From: Aldersonia sp.
Lineage (GTDB): Bacteria; Actinomycetota; Actinomycetes; Mycobacteriales; Mycobacteriaceae
NCBI GenBank assembly: GCA_036524855.1
Contig: DATDBL010000191.1
Coordinates: forward strand, 1-24,000
Reading direction: 5' to 3'
DNA length: 24,000 bases
This document shows, piece by piece, positions 16,288 through 23,481 of this stretch. Below the pieces are notes generated by a model. The model was not told where the DNA came from, made no database searches, and saw nothing but the letters and a program-made list of their open reading frames with translations. The position numbers and the translations under genes are program-made. Every line of letters starts with the position of its first letter. Within the stretch, counting starts at the first letter, position 1.

Positions 16288-17981
16288 GCGGATGCTCCTT
16301 CGGTGTGGGCGGGCAGGGCAGCGAGAAAGGGCACGAACGGCGGGATCTCGTCGGGATCGCAGTCCAACGCGAGGAACGCGGGCCCCTCGGCGTCGGCGAG
16401 GTCGCGCAAGCCGACGTCGAGTTCGGCGAGTGTTGCGGCGGTGCGCACCTTCAGGCCGGGGAACATGGCGGCGACGCCCTCGCCGATGCGCGTGGGCGCA
16501 AACCGGTTGAAGCTGTATCCCCCTCCGTAGTAGAGCTGTTCGCGGGTCACGCACATGGCGTGGGCGTTGTTGTTGAACACCATGAACGTGATCGGCAGTC
16601 GGTGCTCGACGGCGGTGTGGATCTCCATGCCGTGCATGAAGAACGCGCCGTCGCCGGCGATCACCACCGTGCGCTCCTCCGGTCGGGCGAACGCCGCGCC
16701 GACCCCGGCGCCGAAGCTGTAGCCCATCCCTCCCATGCCGAGCGCGACGACGAAGCGTCCGTCGCGCGGGATCGGCAGGTGGTGCACCACCGCGGCGCCG
16801 GTGTTGCCGGCATCGGCGAACACCGCGGTGCCGGGCCGCAGCGTCGCGCCGATCGCCTCGACGGCGTCGCGGTAGCGCAGACCCGGCCCGTCCGCCGGCG
16901 GCACCGCCAGCGGCCCGACCGGCTCTCCGCCTCGCGGCCGCGTCTCCTCGTCGAGCGCCTCGGCGAGATCACGCAGGTCGCGGCGCAGATCGGTGCTGGT
17001 CGCGTGGGCCGCGTCGACGTGCGGTGCGTCCGCGCCGATGCTCAGCAGCGTCGTGGCAGCGAACGCCGGGTCGAGGCCGCCGCGACCGGTCACCGGCATC
17101 CTGGTGCCGACGAACAGGCAGGCCGCCGACCCGCGGATCGCGTCGCCGAGTTCGGTGTGCCCCATGATCCCCGCGACTCCGCAGTAGCCGGGTTCGAGAG
17201 GACCATAGACGTCCTTGGCGTCGGGCAGCACGCCCACAGACGCGTCGAGTGTCGTCGCGAGGTCGCGCAGCTCGGCGCGGGCATCGTTGCGGGCGACCTG
17301 GTCCCCGGCGACGATCACGATCTTGCCGGTGCGGCGCCGGGCGGCCAGACTCGCCCGCAGCCGCAGCAGCCGCGACGTGTCGTGCGCATGCCGGATCGGC
17401 GGCGGCACGAAGGGCGGCAGATCGACCTCGGCCTGCTGGACGTCCTTGGGCAGCAACAGCACCGCCGGTCCGCCGGAGAGGGCGGCGGTGACCGCGCGGC
17501 GCAAGCGGTCGGCGATGTCGGCGGGGTCGTCGACACGGGCGCAGTAGCGCGTGATCGCGCCGAACAGCGCGGTCGCATCGATGGTCCCGGCGCGTCCGCT
17601 GGTGTCCTGGAAGGCGCCGTGCCCCTCGAGCGGCCTCGGCGGCTGCCCGACCAGCGCCAGCACCGGTACCCGGGACTCGAAAGATTCCGACAGCCCCGCA
17701 ACGAGATTCATCGCGCCGCCACCGGAGGTCGCAGCGACGACGCCGAGGCCGGACCGGACACGGGCGTACCCGTCGGCCATCGTCGCGGCGCCGAACTCGT
17801 GCTTGGCGACAACGGCGGTGATGCCGGGAGAGCCGGCTCGCCTCGATAAAGCGGCGGCGTCGTAGAGATCCTCGATGTTGGCGCCGTCGACCCCGAACAC
17901 GGTGTCGACGCCCAGTGCCGTGATCGCGTCGACGAGGTAGTCCACAACTCGGCCCGGGCGCGCGGAAGTCTGCTTGGTCAT
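16284..17981 (-). CDS. Thiamine-diphosphate-dependent enzyme, acetolactate-synthase / carboligase-like
   Basis: 565 aa. The catalytic-Glu region is VAKHEFGAATMADGYARV. The ThDP motif is GDG-X24-NN (IAGDGAFFMHGMEIHTAVEHRLPITFMVFNNN). The ATG at 17981 is preceded by GAGGAG. The ORF-track start at 18287 would add an Arg/His-rich extension overlapping the anti-sigma gene. Confidence 0.85.
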   Translation of the reverse strand: MTKQTSARPGRVVDYLVDAITALGVDTVFGVDGANIEDLYDAAALSRRAGSPGITAVVAKHEFGAATMADGYARVRSGLGVVAATSGGGAMNLVAGLSESFESRVPVLALVGQPPRPLEGHGAFQDTSGRAGTIDATALFGAITRYCARVDDPADIADRLRRAVTAALSGGPAVLLLPKDVQQAEVDLPPFVPPPIRHAHDTSRLLRLRASLAARRRTGKIVIVAGDQVARNDARAELRDLATTLDASVGVLPDAKDVYGPLEPGYCGVAGIMGHTELGDAIRGSAACLFVGTRMPVTGRGGLDPAFAATTLLSIGADAPHVDAAHATSTDLRRDLRDLAEALDEETRPRGGEPVGPLAVPPADGPGLRYRDAVEAIGATLRPGTAVFADAGNTGAAVVHHLPIPRDGRFVVALGMGGMGYSFGAGVGAAFARPEERTVVIAGDGAFFMHGMEIHTAVEHRLPITFMVFNNNAHAMCVTREQLYYGGGYSFNRFAPTRIGEGVAAMFPGLKVRTAATLAELDVGLRDLADAEGPAFLALDCDPDEIPPFVPFLAALPAHTEGASA

Positions 17982-18037
17982 ACACGCTCCTCTGCCCGCG
18001 CGGGTGGCGCGGGCTGGTGGATGGTTCTGGCTGTGAA

Positions 18038-18062
18038 TACGAGACAGCCGTCCCGGCGGTTC
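18038..18062 (-). promoter_or_regulatory. Candidate ECF (SigL-type) promoter upstream of the four-gene cassette
   Basis: The minus strand reads tcGAACC-GCCGGGACGGCTGTCT-CGTAttCAC, that is GAACC-N16-CGT. It lies in the 89-nt gap between the anti-sigma stop (18071) and the ThDP-enzyme ATG (17981). It shares GTCTCGTnnnCAC with the promoter candidate upstream of the sigma gene. Confidence 0.6.
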
Positions 18063-18070
18063 GATCGGGG

Positions 18071-18811
18071 TCAGAGCACGCTGGTCAGCAGGACCCGATC
18101 GGTGGCGGTGGAGCGGATGCCGACCTGCCGGACGTCGGAGGGCGGCACGTCGATCATGGCGGACTCGGTGACGGTGTCTCCGGGGGAGGCCTTCCAGGTC
18201 GCGACGTGCGACTGCCCACCGTCGGAGGTGCCCACCCACAGCGAGTACTCGCCGGTGTAGGACCGGCCGGTCTCGTCGTAGCGGCACACCATGTCGATGC
18301 GGGTGCCGCCGGAGGGATCGGCGAACAGTTCGAACTCCGCCGACAGCGGGGATGGCACGAGCTTGTCCATCGAACGGGACGCGACGAGTTCGGCCTGCGT
18401 CGTGGGGGTGCTGCCACCACTACCACCACCGCCACCACTGCCACCACCGTCGGCGGACCCGGCGAGGGTCACCGGGACGGCGATCGCCACCGCGGCGGCG
18501 GCCGCTGCCACGGCGGCACCGACCGAAACCCACAGGCCACGGCGGCGACGTCGCTGTGCTGCGGCCGCGAGCCGGGGCAGCAGATCTTCGGGTTCCGGGT
18601 CGGATTCCGGTTCGTCTTCGAGCATCGCCAGCGCGGTGTCGCGGGGGACGAGCGCAAGCATCCCAGGGACGCCGGCGAGTTCGGCCACCGCCTCGCGGCA
18701 GCGCGCGCAGTCCTCGAGGTGGTGTTCGAACCGGCGCCGGTCGGTGGGGGACAGCGCGCCGAGCACGTAGGCGGCGTCCCAGGTGGCGAACTCGTCGCCG
18801 GGCTCGGTCAT
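18071..18811 (-). CDS. rslA: Membrane-spanning zinc-binding (ZAS) anti-sigma factor, RslA-like
   Basis: The HxxxCxxC motif is present (HHLEDCARCREAV), preceded by WDAAYVLGALSPTDRRRFE. One TM span is present (LWVSVGAAVAAAAAAVAIAVPV), followed by a Gly/Ser linker and an extracytoplasmic domain ending RVLLTSVL. This matches the architecture and motifs of M. tuberculosis RslA as I recall it. The ATG overlaps the sigma gene's TGA (ATGA at 18808-18811). Confidence 0.8.
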   Translation of the reverse strand: MTEPGDEFATWDAAYVLGALSPTDRRRFEHHLEDCARCREAVAELAGVPGMLALVPRDTALAMLEDEPESDPEPEDLLPRLAAAAQRRRRRGLWVSVGAAVAAAAAAVAIAVPVTLAGSADGGGSGGGGGSGGSTPTTQAELVASRSMDKLVPSPLSAEFELFADPSGGTRIDMVCRYDETGRSYTGEYSLWVGTSDGGQSHVATWKASPGDTVTESAMIDVPPSDVRQVGIRSTATDRVLLTSVL

Positions 18812-19311
18812 TTCGTCACCCCCAGCTCCTGCATCGCGAGCCGAAGCGCACGCATCCCGTAGTGCATGCGTGACTTCACGGTACCCTCGGGAATGTCCAG
18901 GTCAGCGGCGATCTGCTGGGTGGAGTACCCGCCGTAGTAGGAGCGGACGATGACGTCGCGGTGGTCCTGCGACAGTCGCGACAGCGCCTCGGCAACAACC
19001 CACGAGTCGACCGCCCGGTCGGTCGCGTCGGCGCTCGGCCGCTCCGGGGGCGCGTCGGTGCGCACCTCCCGGCGGCTGCGCGCGCTGCGGTGTTCGTCGA
19101 ACGCGAGGTTGCGCGCGACCGTGAACAGCCACCCCCGCGCCGACGCGGTCGACTGGTCGAGCACCTTCGGGTGCTGCCAGGCCCGCAACAGGGTCTCCTG
19201 CACGATGTCCTCCGCCCGCTGTCGATCCCCCACCAGCCCGACGGTGTAGCGCCAGAGCACCGCTGCGTGCTGTTCGTACAGCACCCGCATCAGCTCGGCC
19301 TGATCGGGCAT
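18808..19311 (-). CDS. sigL: ECF sigma factor, SigL-like
   Basis: LMRVLYEQHAAVLWRYTVGLVGDRQRAEDIVQETLLRAWQHP, WLFTVARN and EGTVKSRMHYGMRALRLAMQELGVTK closely track M. tuberculosis SigL from memory. I place the start at ATG 19311, which is preceded by GGAGGTGAGC. The ORF-track start at 19428 would put the promoter candidate inside the coding sequence. Confidence 0.85.
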   Translation of the reverse strand: MPDQAELMRVLYEQHAAVLWRYTVGLVGDRQRAEDIVQETLLRAWQHPKVLDQSTASARGWLFTVARNLAFDEHRSARSRREVRTDAPPERPSADATDRAVDSWVVAEALSRLSQDHRDVIVRSYYGGYSTQQIAADLDIPEGTVKSRMHYGMRALRLAMQELGVTK

Positions 19312-19330
19312 GCTCACCTCCGGCGTGTCC

Positions 19331-19355
19331 ACGAGACGCGCGACCGACTGGTTCA
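19331..19355 (-). promoter_or_regulatory. Candidate autoregulatory ECF (SigL-type) promoter
   Basis: The minus strand reads TGAACC-AGTCGGTCGCGCGTCT-CGTggaCAC, that is TGAACC-N16-CGT. It ends about 20 nt upstream of the sigL-like ATG. It matches the TGAACC / CGT-type consensus I recall for mycobacterial SigL. Confidence 0.65.
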
Positions 19356-19451
19356 CCGCGTCGGCGCGGCCCTCACCCGAGCCGGATGAGATCCGCGTCC
19401 GTCGGTGGAATAGCGGCTCGCCGCGCATACGTTTACACCTACGCTCGCAGG

Positions 19452-20822
19452 GTGAAGAAGATCCCGCACCCCGACGGCGTTCTCACCCCGGCCTACACCG
19501 GCCGCCTCGCAACCGACCCGATCCCCGCGCTGCGCCTGCCCGACTCGCCCCGCGAGCCGGAGGAGGCCTACCAGTACATCCACGACGAGCTGATGCTCGA
19601 CGGAAGCTCACGGCTCAACCTCGCCACGTTCGTCACCACCTGGATGGACGAGCACGCGGGCAAGCTTATGGCAGAGACGTTCGACAAGAACATGATCGAC
19701 AAGGACGAGTATCCGGCGACCGCGGCGATCGAGACCCGCTGCGTGAACATGGTCGCGGACCTGTTCCATGCTCCGGGGCTGGACCCCACCGACCCGACAT
19801 CGGCGACGGGCGTGTCGACCATCGGGTCGAGCGAGGCCGTCATGCTCGGCGGGCTGGCGCTGAAGTGGCGCTGGCGGGCCGGGGGCAAGGGGACCGGCAC
19901 GCCGAATCTGGTGCTGGGCAGCAACGTTCAGGTCGTGTGGGAGAAGTTCTGCCGTTATTTCGAGGTGGAGCCGCGCTACCTGCCGATGGCGCACGACCGC
20001 TACGTCATCACCCCCGAGCAGGTGCGTGAGGCCGTGGACGAAAACACGATCGGCGTCGTCGTCATCGTCGGGACGACCTTCACCGGCGAACTCGAGCCGG
20101 TCGCGGAGATCGCGAAGACCCTCGACGAACTCGCCGCGGGCGGCGGACCCGATGTCCCGATCCACGTCGACGGGGCCAGCGGCGGATTCGTCGTGCCGTT
20201 CCTGTACCCCGACCTGGAGTGGGACTTCCGGGTGCCGCGGGTGGCGTCGATCAACGTCAGCGGCCACAAGTACGGGCTGACGTACCCGGGCATCGGGTTC
20301 GTCGTGTGGCGCGACAAGGAGTGCCTACCCGAGGACCTCGTGTTCCGGGTTAATTACCTCGGCGGCGACATGCCGACCTTCACGCTCAACTTCTCCCGCC
20401 CGGGCAACCAGGTGGTGGGGCAGTACTACAACTTCCTGCGCCTCGGCCGCGAGGGCTACACCGACATCATGACGGCGCTGCGCGACACGGCCGTGCGGAT
20501 CTCCTCGGCAATCGCGACGATCCCGGAGTTGAAGGTCGTCGCCGACGGCACCGCGATCCCGGTAATCGCCTTCACCCTGGCCGACGAACGGCCCTACACG
20601 GTCTTCGACGTCTCGCATGAACTGCGTGCCCGCGGCTGGCAGGTCCCCGCCTACACCATGCCCGACGACGCCACCGACGTTGCGGTGCTGCGGATCGTCG
20701 TCCGCGAGGGCTTCAGCGCGGACCTCGGCCACCTGCTCGTCCACTCGATCCGCGAGGTGATCACCGAACTCGACCAGATCAAGCCGCAGAAGCACTCGGA
20801 CACAACGCATTTCGCGCACTGA
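19452..20822 (+). CDS. gadB: Glutamate decarboxylase (PLP-dependent)
   Basis: Near-collinear with M. tuberculosis GadB from memory. Shared stretches include APAYTGR, IHDELMLDGSSRLNLATFVTTWMD, FDKNMIDKDEYPATAAIE, SINVSGHKYGLTYPGIGFVVWR and FSRPGNQVVGQYYNFLRLGR. I chose GTG 19452 by N-terminal alignment. The ATG at 19386 is the ORF-track alternative. Confidence 0.93.
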   Translation: MKKIPHPDGVLTPAYTGRLATDPIPALRLPDSPREPEEAYQYIHDELMLDGSSRLNLATFVTTWMDEHAGKLMAETFDKNMIDKDEYPATAAIETRCVNMVADLFHAPGLDPTDPTSATGVSTIGSSEAVMLGGLALKWRWRAGGKGTGTPNLVLGSNVQVVWEKFCRYFEVEPRYLPMAHDRYVITPEQVREAVDENTIGVVVIVGTTFTGELEPVAEIAKTLDELAAGGGPDVPIHVDGASGGFVVPFLYPDLEWDFRVPRVASINVSGHKYGLTYPGIGFVVWRDKECLPEDLVFRVNYLGGDMPTFTLNFSRPGNQVVGQYYNFLRLGREGYTDIMTALRDTAVRISSAIATIPELKVVADGTAIPVIAFTLADERPYTVFDVSHELRARGWQVPAYTMPDDATDVAVLRIVVREGFSADLGHLLVHSIREVITELDQIKPQKHSDTTHFAH

Positions 20823-20843
20823 GTGCCATAACCACAGCTCCGC

Positions 20844-21875
20844 CTATTTGTTCATGTCGAGCACGATGCGGCCGTCGATGCCGCCCTTCTCCATCTCCTC
20901 GAAGACGTCGTTGATGTCGCCCATTGGCCGCACGGAGTAGGTCGGGGTGATCTTGCCGCGGGCGAAGAAGTCGATCGCCTCGGCCATGTCCTTGCGGGTA
21001 CCGACGATCGATCCGCGGACGGTGAGGCCGAACAGCACCGTGGTGAAGATGTCGAGCGGGAACTTCTCCGGCGGCAGCCCCACCAGCGCCACCGTGCCGC
21101 CGCGCCGCAGGGCGCCGACGGCCTGGGGAAACGCGTGGGCGTTGACAGCGGTGACGAGCGCGCCGTGTACGCCGCCGCCGGTCTTCTCCTGTAGCTCGGC
21201 GGCGGGATCGGAAGAGGTCGCGGCGTTGACGGTCACCTCGGCGCCGTGCTTGCGGGCGAGGTCGAGCTTGGCGTCGTCGACGTCGACGGCTGCGACGCGG
21301 CGGCCCATCGCGACGCCGTACTGCACGGCGATGTGGCCGAGGCCGCCGATGCCGGAGATGAGCACCCATTCACCGGGCTTGGTGTCGGTGACCTTGAGGC
21401 CCTTGTAGACGGTGACACCCGCGCAGAGGATCGGGCCGACCGCGGTGGGATCGACGTTGTCGGGGACCAGCGGTGCGTAGCGCGAATCCACGAGCATGTA
21501 CTGGCCGAACGAGCCGTCGACCGCGTAGCCGCCGTTCTTCTGGTTGGGACACAAGGTTTCCCAACCGGTCTCGCAGAACTCGCACTCGCCGCAGGCGCTC
21601 CACAGCCACGCGTTGCCGACCTTGTCGCCGACCTTCACTCGGGTCACGCCGTCACCGACCGCCACCACCGTCCCGACGCCCTCGTGTCCCGGAATGAACG
21701 GTGGGCTGGGCTTGACGGGCCAGTCGCCGTGCGCGGCGTGCAGATCGGTGTGGCAGACGCCGGTGTAGTCGACCTTGACGAGCGCCTCGTTCGGACCCGG
21801 CGTCGGTACCTCGACGTCCTTGACGACGAGCGGTTCGGTGAACGACTCGACGACGGCAGCTTTCATCGTGCTCAT
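20844..21875 (-). CDS. Zinc-dependent medium-chain alcohol dehydrogenase (AdhP/AdhA-like)
   Basis: The catalytic-zinc region is GVCHTDLH..GHEGVG. The structural-zinc Cys cluster is CGECEFCETGWETLC. The Rossmann motif is GIGGLGH. GAGGAG lies 9 nt upstream of the ATG. Confidence 0.9.
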   Translation of the reverse strand: MSTMKAAVVESFTEPLVVKDVEVPTPGPNEALVKVDYTGVCHTDLHAAHGDWPVKPSPPFIPGHEGVGTVVAVGDGVTRVKVGDKVGNAWLWSACGECEFCETGWETLCPNQKNGGYAVDGSFGQYMLVDSRYAPLVPDNVDPTAVGPILCAGVTVYKGLKVTDTKPGEWVLISGIGGLGHIAVQYGVAMGRRVAAVDVDDAKLDLARKHGAEVTVNAATSSDPAAELQEKTGGGVHGALVTAVNAHAFPQAVGALRRGGTVALVGLPPEKFPLDIFTTVLFGLTVRGSIVGTRKDMAEAIDFFARGKITPTYSVRPMGDINDVFEEMEKGGIDGRIVLDMNK

Positions 21876-21905
21876 GCCCTACTCCTCTTCGAACGGGTAG
21901 TTCTT

Positions 21906-22589
21906 TCAGTTGCGGTCGAGATCGATCGGGTGGGTCGCGAGCAACGCCAACGGCATGGGCTGACGGCGCAACACCGCCGCCCACAGATCCCGCCGCGCCG
22001 GGCCCAGCAGATCCGACGCCAGAGCGGACGTGACCATCCAGTCGTTGCGAGCGAGTTCCCCGTCGAGTTGACCGAACGTCCACCCGGAGTATCCGGCGAA
22101 CACACGGATCCCCTCCACGAACGGCTGGAGATCAGCCGGATCCGAATCGAGGTCGACCATCGCGATCCGGCCGTCGACGCGGCGCAGTCCGGCCACCGTC
22201 TCGACGTCGACACCGACGCTGACGATGGCCAGACACAGTGCGGCGTCGCGCTTGACCGGGCCACCGACGAACAGCGCCTTGGGTTTGGCGGCGAGATCGG
22301 CCCATCGCGGCAGCACGTTCACCACCGCAGCGTCGCTTGGTCGGTTCAGCACCACCCCGAGGGTGCCGGAGTCGTTGTGTTCGATGATGTAGACGACCGT
22401 GCGGCGAAACGCCGGTTCGGTGAGGTCCACGGCCGACACGAGCAGGCTGCCGGGCCGAACCGCGCCCTCATGAGCGGCGGCGCCCGTATCGTCGGGGCCC
22501 CACCCGCTGTGTTGTTCGTGTTCGCTGTGTTCTTCGTGTCCTCGGTGCGTGGTCCGATCCTCGGGTTCCTCCGCGTGTGCCACGCTCAC
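21906..22589 (-). CDS. YqgE/AlgH family (UPF0301) protein, Rv0038-like
   Basis: FRRTVVYIIEHNDSGTLGVVLNRPS, GGPVKRDAALCLA, FAGYSGWTFGQLDGE and the C-terminal LLATHPIDLDRN track the M. tuberculosis Rv0038 sequence as I recall it. GTG start. The N-terminus is His/Glu-rich. Confidence 0.85.
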   Translation of the reverse strand: MSVAHAEEPEDRTTHRGHEEHSEHEQHSGWGPDDTGAAAHEGAVRPGSLLVSAVDLTEPAFRRTVVYIIEHNDSGTLGVVLNRPSDAAVVNVLPRWADLAAKPKALFVGGPVKRDAALCLAIVSVGVDVETVAGLRRVDGRIAMVDLDSDPADLQPFVEGIRVFAGYSGWTFGQLDGELARNDWMVTSALASDLLGPARRDLWAAVLRRQPMPLALLATHPIDLDRN

Positions 22590-22637
22590 ATCATCGCACC
22601 GTGGAGCGCGCGGCGGGCCGCAAGAGCAATCTCACCC

Positions 22638-22677
22638 GTGAGTACTTGAAGAGTCTGTGCACTCATCAAGTATTCAC
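22638..22677 (-). terminator. Hairpin overlapping the tetR 3' end (possible terminator or regulatory element upstream of the yqgE-like gene)
   Basis: GTGAGTACTTGA (22638-22649) and TCAAGTATTCAC (22666-22677) are complementary at 11 of 12 positions, with a 16-nt loop. The stretch is locally A/T-richer and has no U-tract. Confidence 0.3.
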
Positions 22678-23373
22678 GGGTCGACGCAGGCCCACTGCCT
22701 CCGCGAGGACGTCGAGGTGGTGGTCGAACAGGGCGGCCGGGTCGGCGAAGGTGTCGGGGCCGTACTGGTCGAACACCTCGAAGCTGACCGCACCGAACAG
22801 CGCGGCCCAGGCGAACACGCCGCGGGCGCAGAGGTCGTCCGGCAGCGTCAGACCGAACTCTGCGCGGATCGCGGCGAAACTCGGTTCGAGGCTGGGCGGC
22901 GCGGCGGTGGTGTCCGGTGGGGTGAGCGCGCCCGCCACCCACGCGTGTTCGATCGTGTCGATCAGGGTGGCGATCACCCGGGTGCCGGCGGGGACGGTCT
23001 GCTCCGGCGGTGCGGCGTAGCCGGGCACGGGGGTGCCGTAGAGCAGGCCGTAGCGCGCGGGTTCGCGCAATGCCCAGCCCCGCACTGCGCGCCCGAGCGC
23101 GAGGAACCGTATGACGTACTCGTCGGCGGGTTCGGCGGCGACGGCGGCGTCGACCTCATCGGCCATCTCTGTGTAGCCGTCGACCACGAGCAGGGTCAGC
23201 AGTTCGTCGCGACTGCGCACGTAGCGGTAGACGGCGGAGGAGACCACGCCGAGGTCGCGGGCGACGGCACGCAGCGACAGCGCCGCCGCGCCGTGCTCGA
23301 CCAGGTGCGCCCTGCCGATCCGCGTGATGTCGGCCATCGTCTGGGCTCGGGCGCGCTCGCGTGGCGTGGTCAC
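22666..23373 (-). CDS. TetR-family transcriptional regulator
   Basis: The N-terminal HTH region is RERARAQTMADITRIGRAHLVEHGAAALSLRAVARDLGVVSSAVYRYV. I prefer GTG 23373 over ATG 23433 because 10 of the 19 intervening codons end in A/T (hand count), unlike the gene body. Confidence 0.85.
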   Translation of the reverse strand: MTTPRERARAQTMADITRIGRAHLVEHGAAALSLRAVARDLGVVSSAVYRYVRSRDELLTLLVVDGYTEMADEVDAAVAAEPADEYVIRFLALGRAVRGWALREPARYGLLYGTPVPGYAAPPEQTVPAGTRVIATLIDTIEHAWVAGALTPPDTTAAPPSLEPSFAAIRAEFGLTLPDDLCARGVFAWAALFGAVSFEVFDQYGPDTFADPAALFDHHLDVLAEAVGLRRPVNT

Positions 23374-23415
23374 AACCCAACCCTGCTCGCGAGAGCGAGC
23401 GGTGTCAACAAAAGT

Positions 23416-23481
23416 GAGCGGTGCTCTTGACATCGATCCGAACGAGGCGCAAGCTGGACCTAGGAACAGAGAGCAGTGCTC
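23416..23481. promoter_or_regulatory. Two palindromic GAGC-N3-GCTC boxes (candidate TetR operators) in the divergent intergenic region
   Basis: GAGCGGTGCTC is at 23416-23426 and GAGCAGTGCTC at 23471-23481. The extended arms GTGAGCGGTGCTCT and AGAGCAGTGCTCAC are inverted copies of each other (12 of 14). A related half-site GAGCGGTG is at 23397-23404, and a GCTCGC-N4-GCGAGC inverted repeat at 23385-23400. Confidence 0.4.

Noticed and set aside
13393-17849. Plus-strand ORFs 13393-14475, 14643-15653, 15616-16530 and 16305-17849 opposite the four-gene cassette
   Set aside because: Each lies antisense to a gene with clear catalytic motifs. The translations are Arg/His/Gly-rich and show no domain signatures.
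18051-18070. GGTTCGATC resembling a tRNA T-loop
   Set aside because: The flanking bases do not form a T-stem, and no acceptor or anticodon arms can be drawn. The motif is explained instead as the -35 element (GAACC) of the minus-strand ECF promoter.
16288-18287. Long N-terminal extensions in the ORF track (starts at 18287, 16554, 14748, 23595, 19428, 3278)
   Set aside because: The extended parts are Arg/His/Pro-rich and overlap upstream genes or promoter candidates. Internal starts with Shine-Dalgarno sequences or ATGA stop/start overlaps give proteins of family-typical length.
19407-19432. GGAAT-N18-CGT facing gadB as a possible ECF promoter
   Set aside because: The spacing is off by one or two nucleotides, the -35 match is poor, and it has no similarity to the two matched promoters.
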